A DNA stretch of 64,000 nt, from NCBI GenBank assembly GCA_047974625.1, contig JBKECK010000068.1, positions 68,714-132,713 on the forward strand, read 5' to 3'. Below, piece by piece: positions 62,966 to 64,000 of the stretch (positions are counted from its first letter, which is position 1; every line of letters begins with the position of its first letter). The notes below the pieces were generated by a model. It had not been told where the DNA came from. It did not search any database and worked only from the letters and a program-made list of their open reading frames with translations. The position numbers were made by a program, and so were the translations under genes. Origin of the DNA: Acidimicrobiales bacterium (GTDB lineage Bacteria; Actinomycetota; Acidimicrobiia; Acidimicrobiales; SZUA-35).

Positions 62966-63601
62966 ATGGCGATCCGACTTGGAGACACCGCTCCCGACTT
63001 CACCGCCCCGACGACCGAGGGCGAGATCTCCTTCCACGAGTGGAAGGCCGACCGGTGGGCGGTGCTGTTCTCCCACCCCAAGGACTTCACCCCGGTCTGC
63101 ACCACCGAGCTGGGGTACACGGCCAAACTGGCCGACGAGTTCGCGGCGCGCGACACCAAGGTCCTGGCCCTCAGCGTCGACTCGGTCGACGATCACCGGC
63201 GCTGGAGCGAAGACATCGTGGAGACCCAGGGCACCCCGGTCAACTTCCCGATCATCGGCGACCCGGACCGCACCGTGGCCGACCTCTACGACATGATCCA
63301 CCCGAACGCCAACGACACCCTGACCGTCCGGTCGGTGTTCGTGATCGACCCGGCCAACAAGGTGCGGCTCACCCTCACCTACCCGGCGTCGACGGGCCGG
63401 AACTTCAACGAGATCCTGCGGGTCATCGACTCCCTCCAGCTCACCGACGGCTACAAGGTGGCCACCCCGGTCAACTGGGAGAAGGGTGACGACGTGATCG
63501 TCTCCCCCGCCCTGTCCGACGAGGAGGCCAAGGAGCTGTTCCCGGCCGGGTTCGACACCAAGACCCCGTACCTTCGGGTCACCCCCCAGCCCGGGAGCTG
63601 A
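62966..63601 (+). CDS. 1-Cys peroxiredoxin (Prx6-type)
   Basis: From ATG 62966 (AGGAAAGG upstream): MAIRLGDTAPDFTAPTTEGEISFHEW...VLFSHPKDFTPVCTTELG. Confidence 0.85.
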   Translation: MAIRLGDTAPDFTAPTTEGEISFHEWKADRWAVLFSHPKDFTPVCTTELGYTAKLADEFAARDTKVLALSVDSVDDHRRWSEDIVETQGTPVNFPIIGDPDRTVADLYDMIHPNANDTLTVRSVFVIDPANKVRLTLTYPASTGRNFNEILRVIDSLQLTDGYKVATPVNWEKGDDVIVSPALSDEEAKELFPAGFDTKTPYLRVTPQPGS

Positions 63602-63625
63602 CGGCCCCGCCGCCGGGCCGGCCGG

Positions 63626-64000
63626 TCAGCCGACGGGGCCGACCGGCCGGTGGGCGGCCAGGTCGAAGGCGGCCATCCAGCCGGCCGCCTCCAGGCCGGC
63701 CGCCCGCATGCGCCGCTGGGCCTCGGGCAGGGAGCTCTGCCCGCACACCCCGGCCACCAGGTCGATCATGTAGCGGCTGGGCTGGTCGTCGGTGGGTTCC
63801 AGTACCGCCTTGGCCGCCCACAGGGCCTGGACGCAGCCGTGATCGTCGCCCTGCTGGCGCCGACAGGCAGCCCGGGCGGCGAGGGCGAAGACCCGATCAA
63901 GGTAGGTGCCCCGCCCGGAGAGCACCTCGACGGTGAGGGCCTCGGAGCGGCCGAGATCACCGGCCGCCGCCTGGGCGATGGCTCCGATGGCCGAGGCATA
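63626..64000 (-). CDS. C-terminal fragment of a protein that starts beyond the right edge (helical/TPR-like; function unknown)
   Basis: The frame is open from the window edge (YASAIGAIAQAAAGDLGRSEALTVEVLSGRGTYLDRVFALAARAA...) to TGA at 63626. The listed 99-aa ORF is only its tail. Confidence 0.4.
   Translation of the reverse strand, partial: YASAIGAIAQAAAGDLGRSEALTVEVLSGRGTYLDRVFALAARAACRRQQGDDHGCVQALWAAKAVLEPTDDQPSRYMIDLVAGVCGQSSLPEAQRRMRAAGLEAAGWMAAFDLAAHRPVGPVG

Noticed and set aside
63601-63650. GGCCGGTC...GACCGGCC hairpin between the convergent peroxiredoxin gene and the edge gene, considered as a bidirectional terminator
   Set aside because: The stem is short (8 bp) with a 13-nt loop, has no U-tract on either strand, and overlaps the stop codon of the convergent gene. 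It is not distinguishable from chance GC-rich pairing.

Overview
High-GC, actinobacterial-type chromosomal window, suggested by conservon genes, a class A PBP, LLM/F420-type oxidoreductases and many GTGA/ATGA-coupled operons. I can support about 60 protein-coding genes. I also find one clear TPP riboswitch, two gene relics (IS3 orfA and a DHA2-type MFS), one duplicated gene fragment and several perfect in-frame short tandem repeats. I recognised no rRNA, tRNA or CRISPR array. Many long ORFs in the supplied track are GC-driven shadow frames rich in Arg/Pro/Gly. The track takes the most upstream start of any type, so several real genes begin well inside the listed ORF. I re-placed those starts using SD sequences, signal peptides and stop/start overlaps. 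The track also misses edge-truncated ORFs and anything under 60 aa. The outstanding locus is 3.5-15.1 kb. It holds a minus-strand operon of three tandem YcaO paralogs and an E1-like/RRE-type partner. At its head is an unlisted 49-codon ORF with a strong SD, whose C-terminus is (DDSQS)x3 encoded by a perfect 15-nt repeat. This looks like a RiPP system with an unusual enzyme set and a Cys-free acidic core. It sits beside an MFS exporter and a FecBCDE-type importer and is bracketed by gene relics. A second notable item is a TlpA-like redoxin (27131-27733) with an in-frame TGA exactly where the first Cys of CxxC belongs. That is either a UxxC selenoprotein candidate or a one-step pseudogene. All family calls rest on motifs recognised by eye; no database search, HMM or folding calculation was run.
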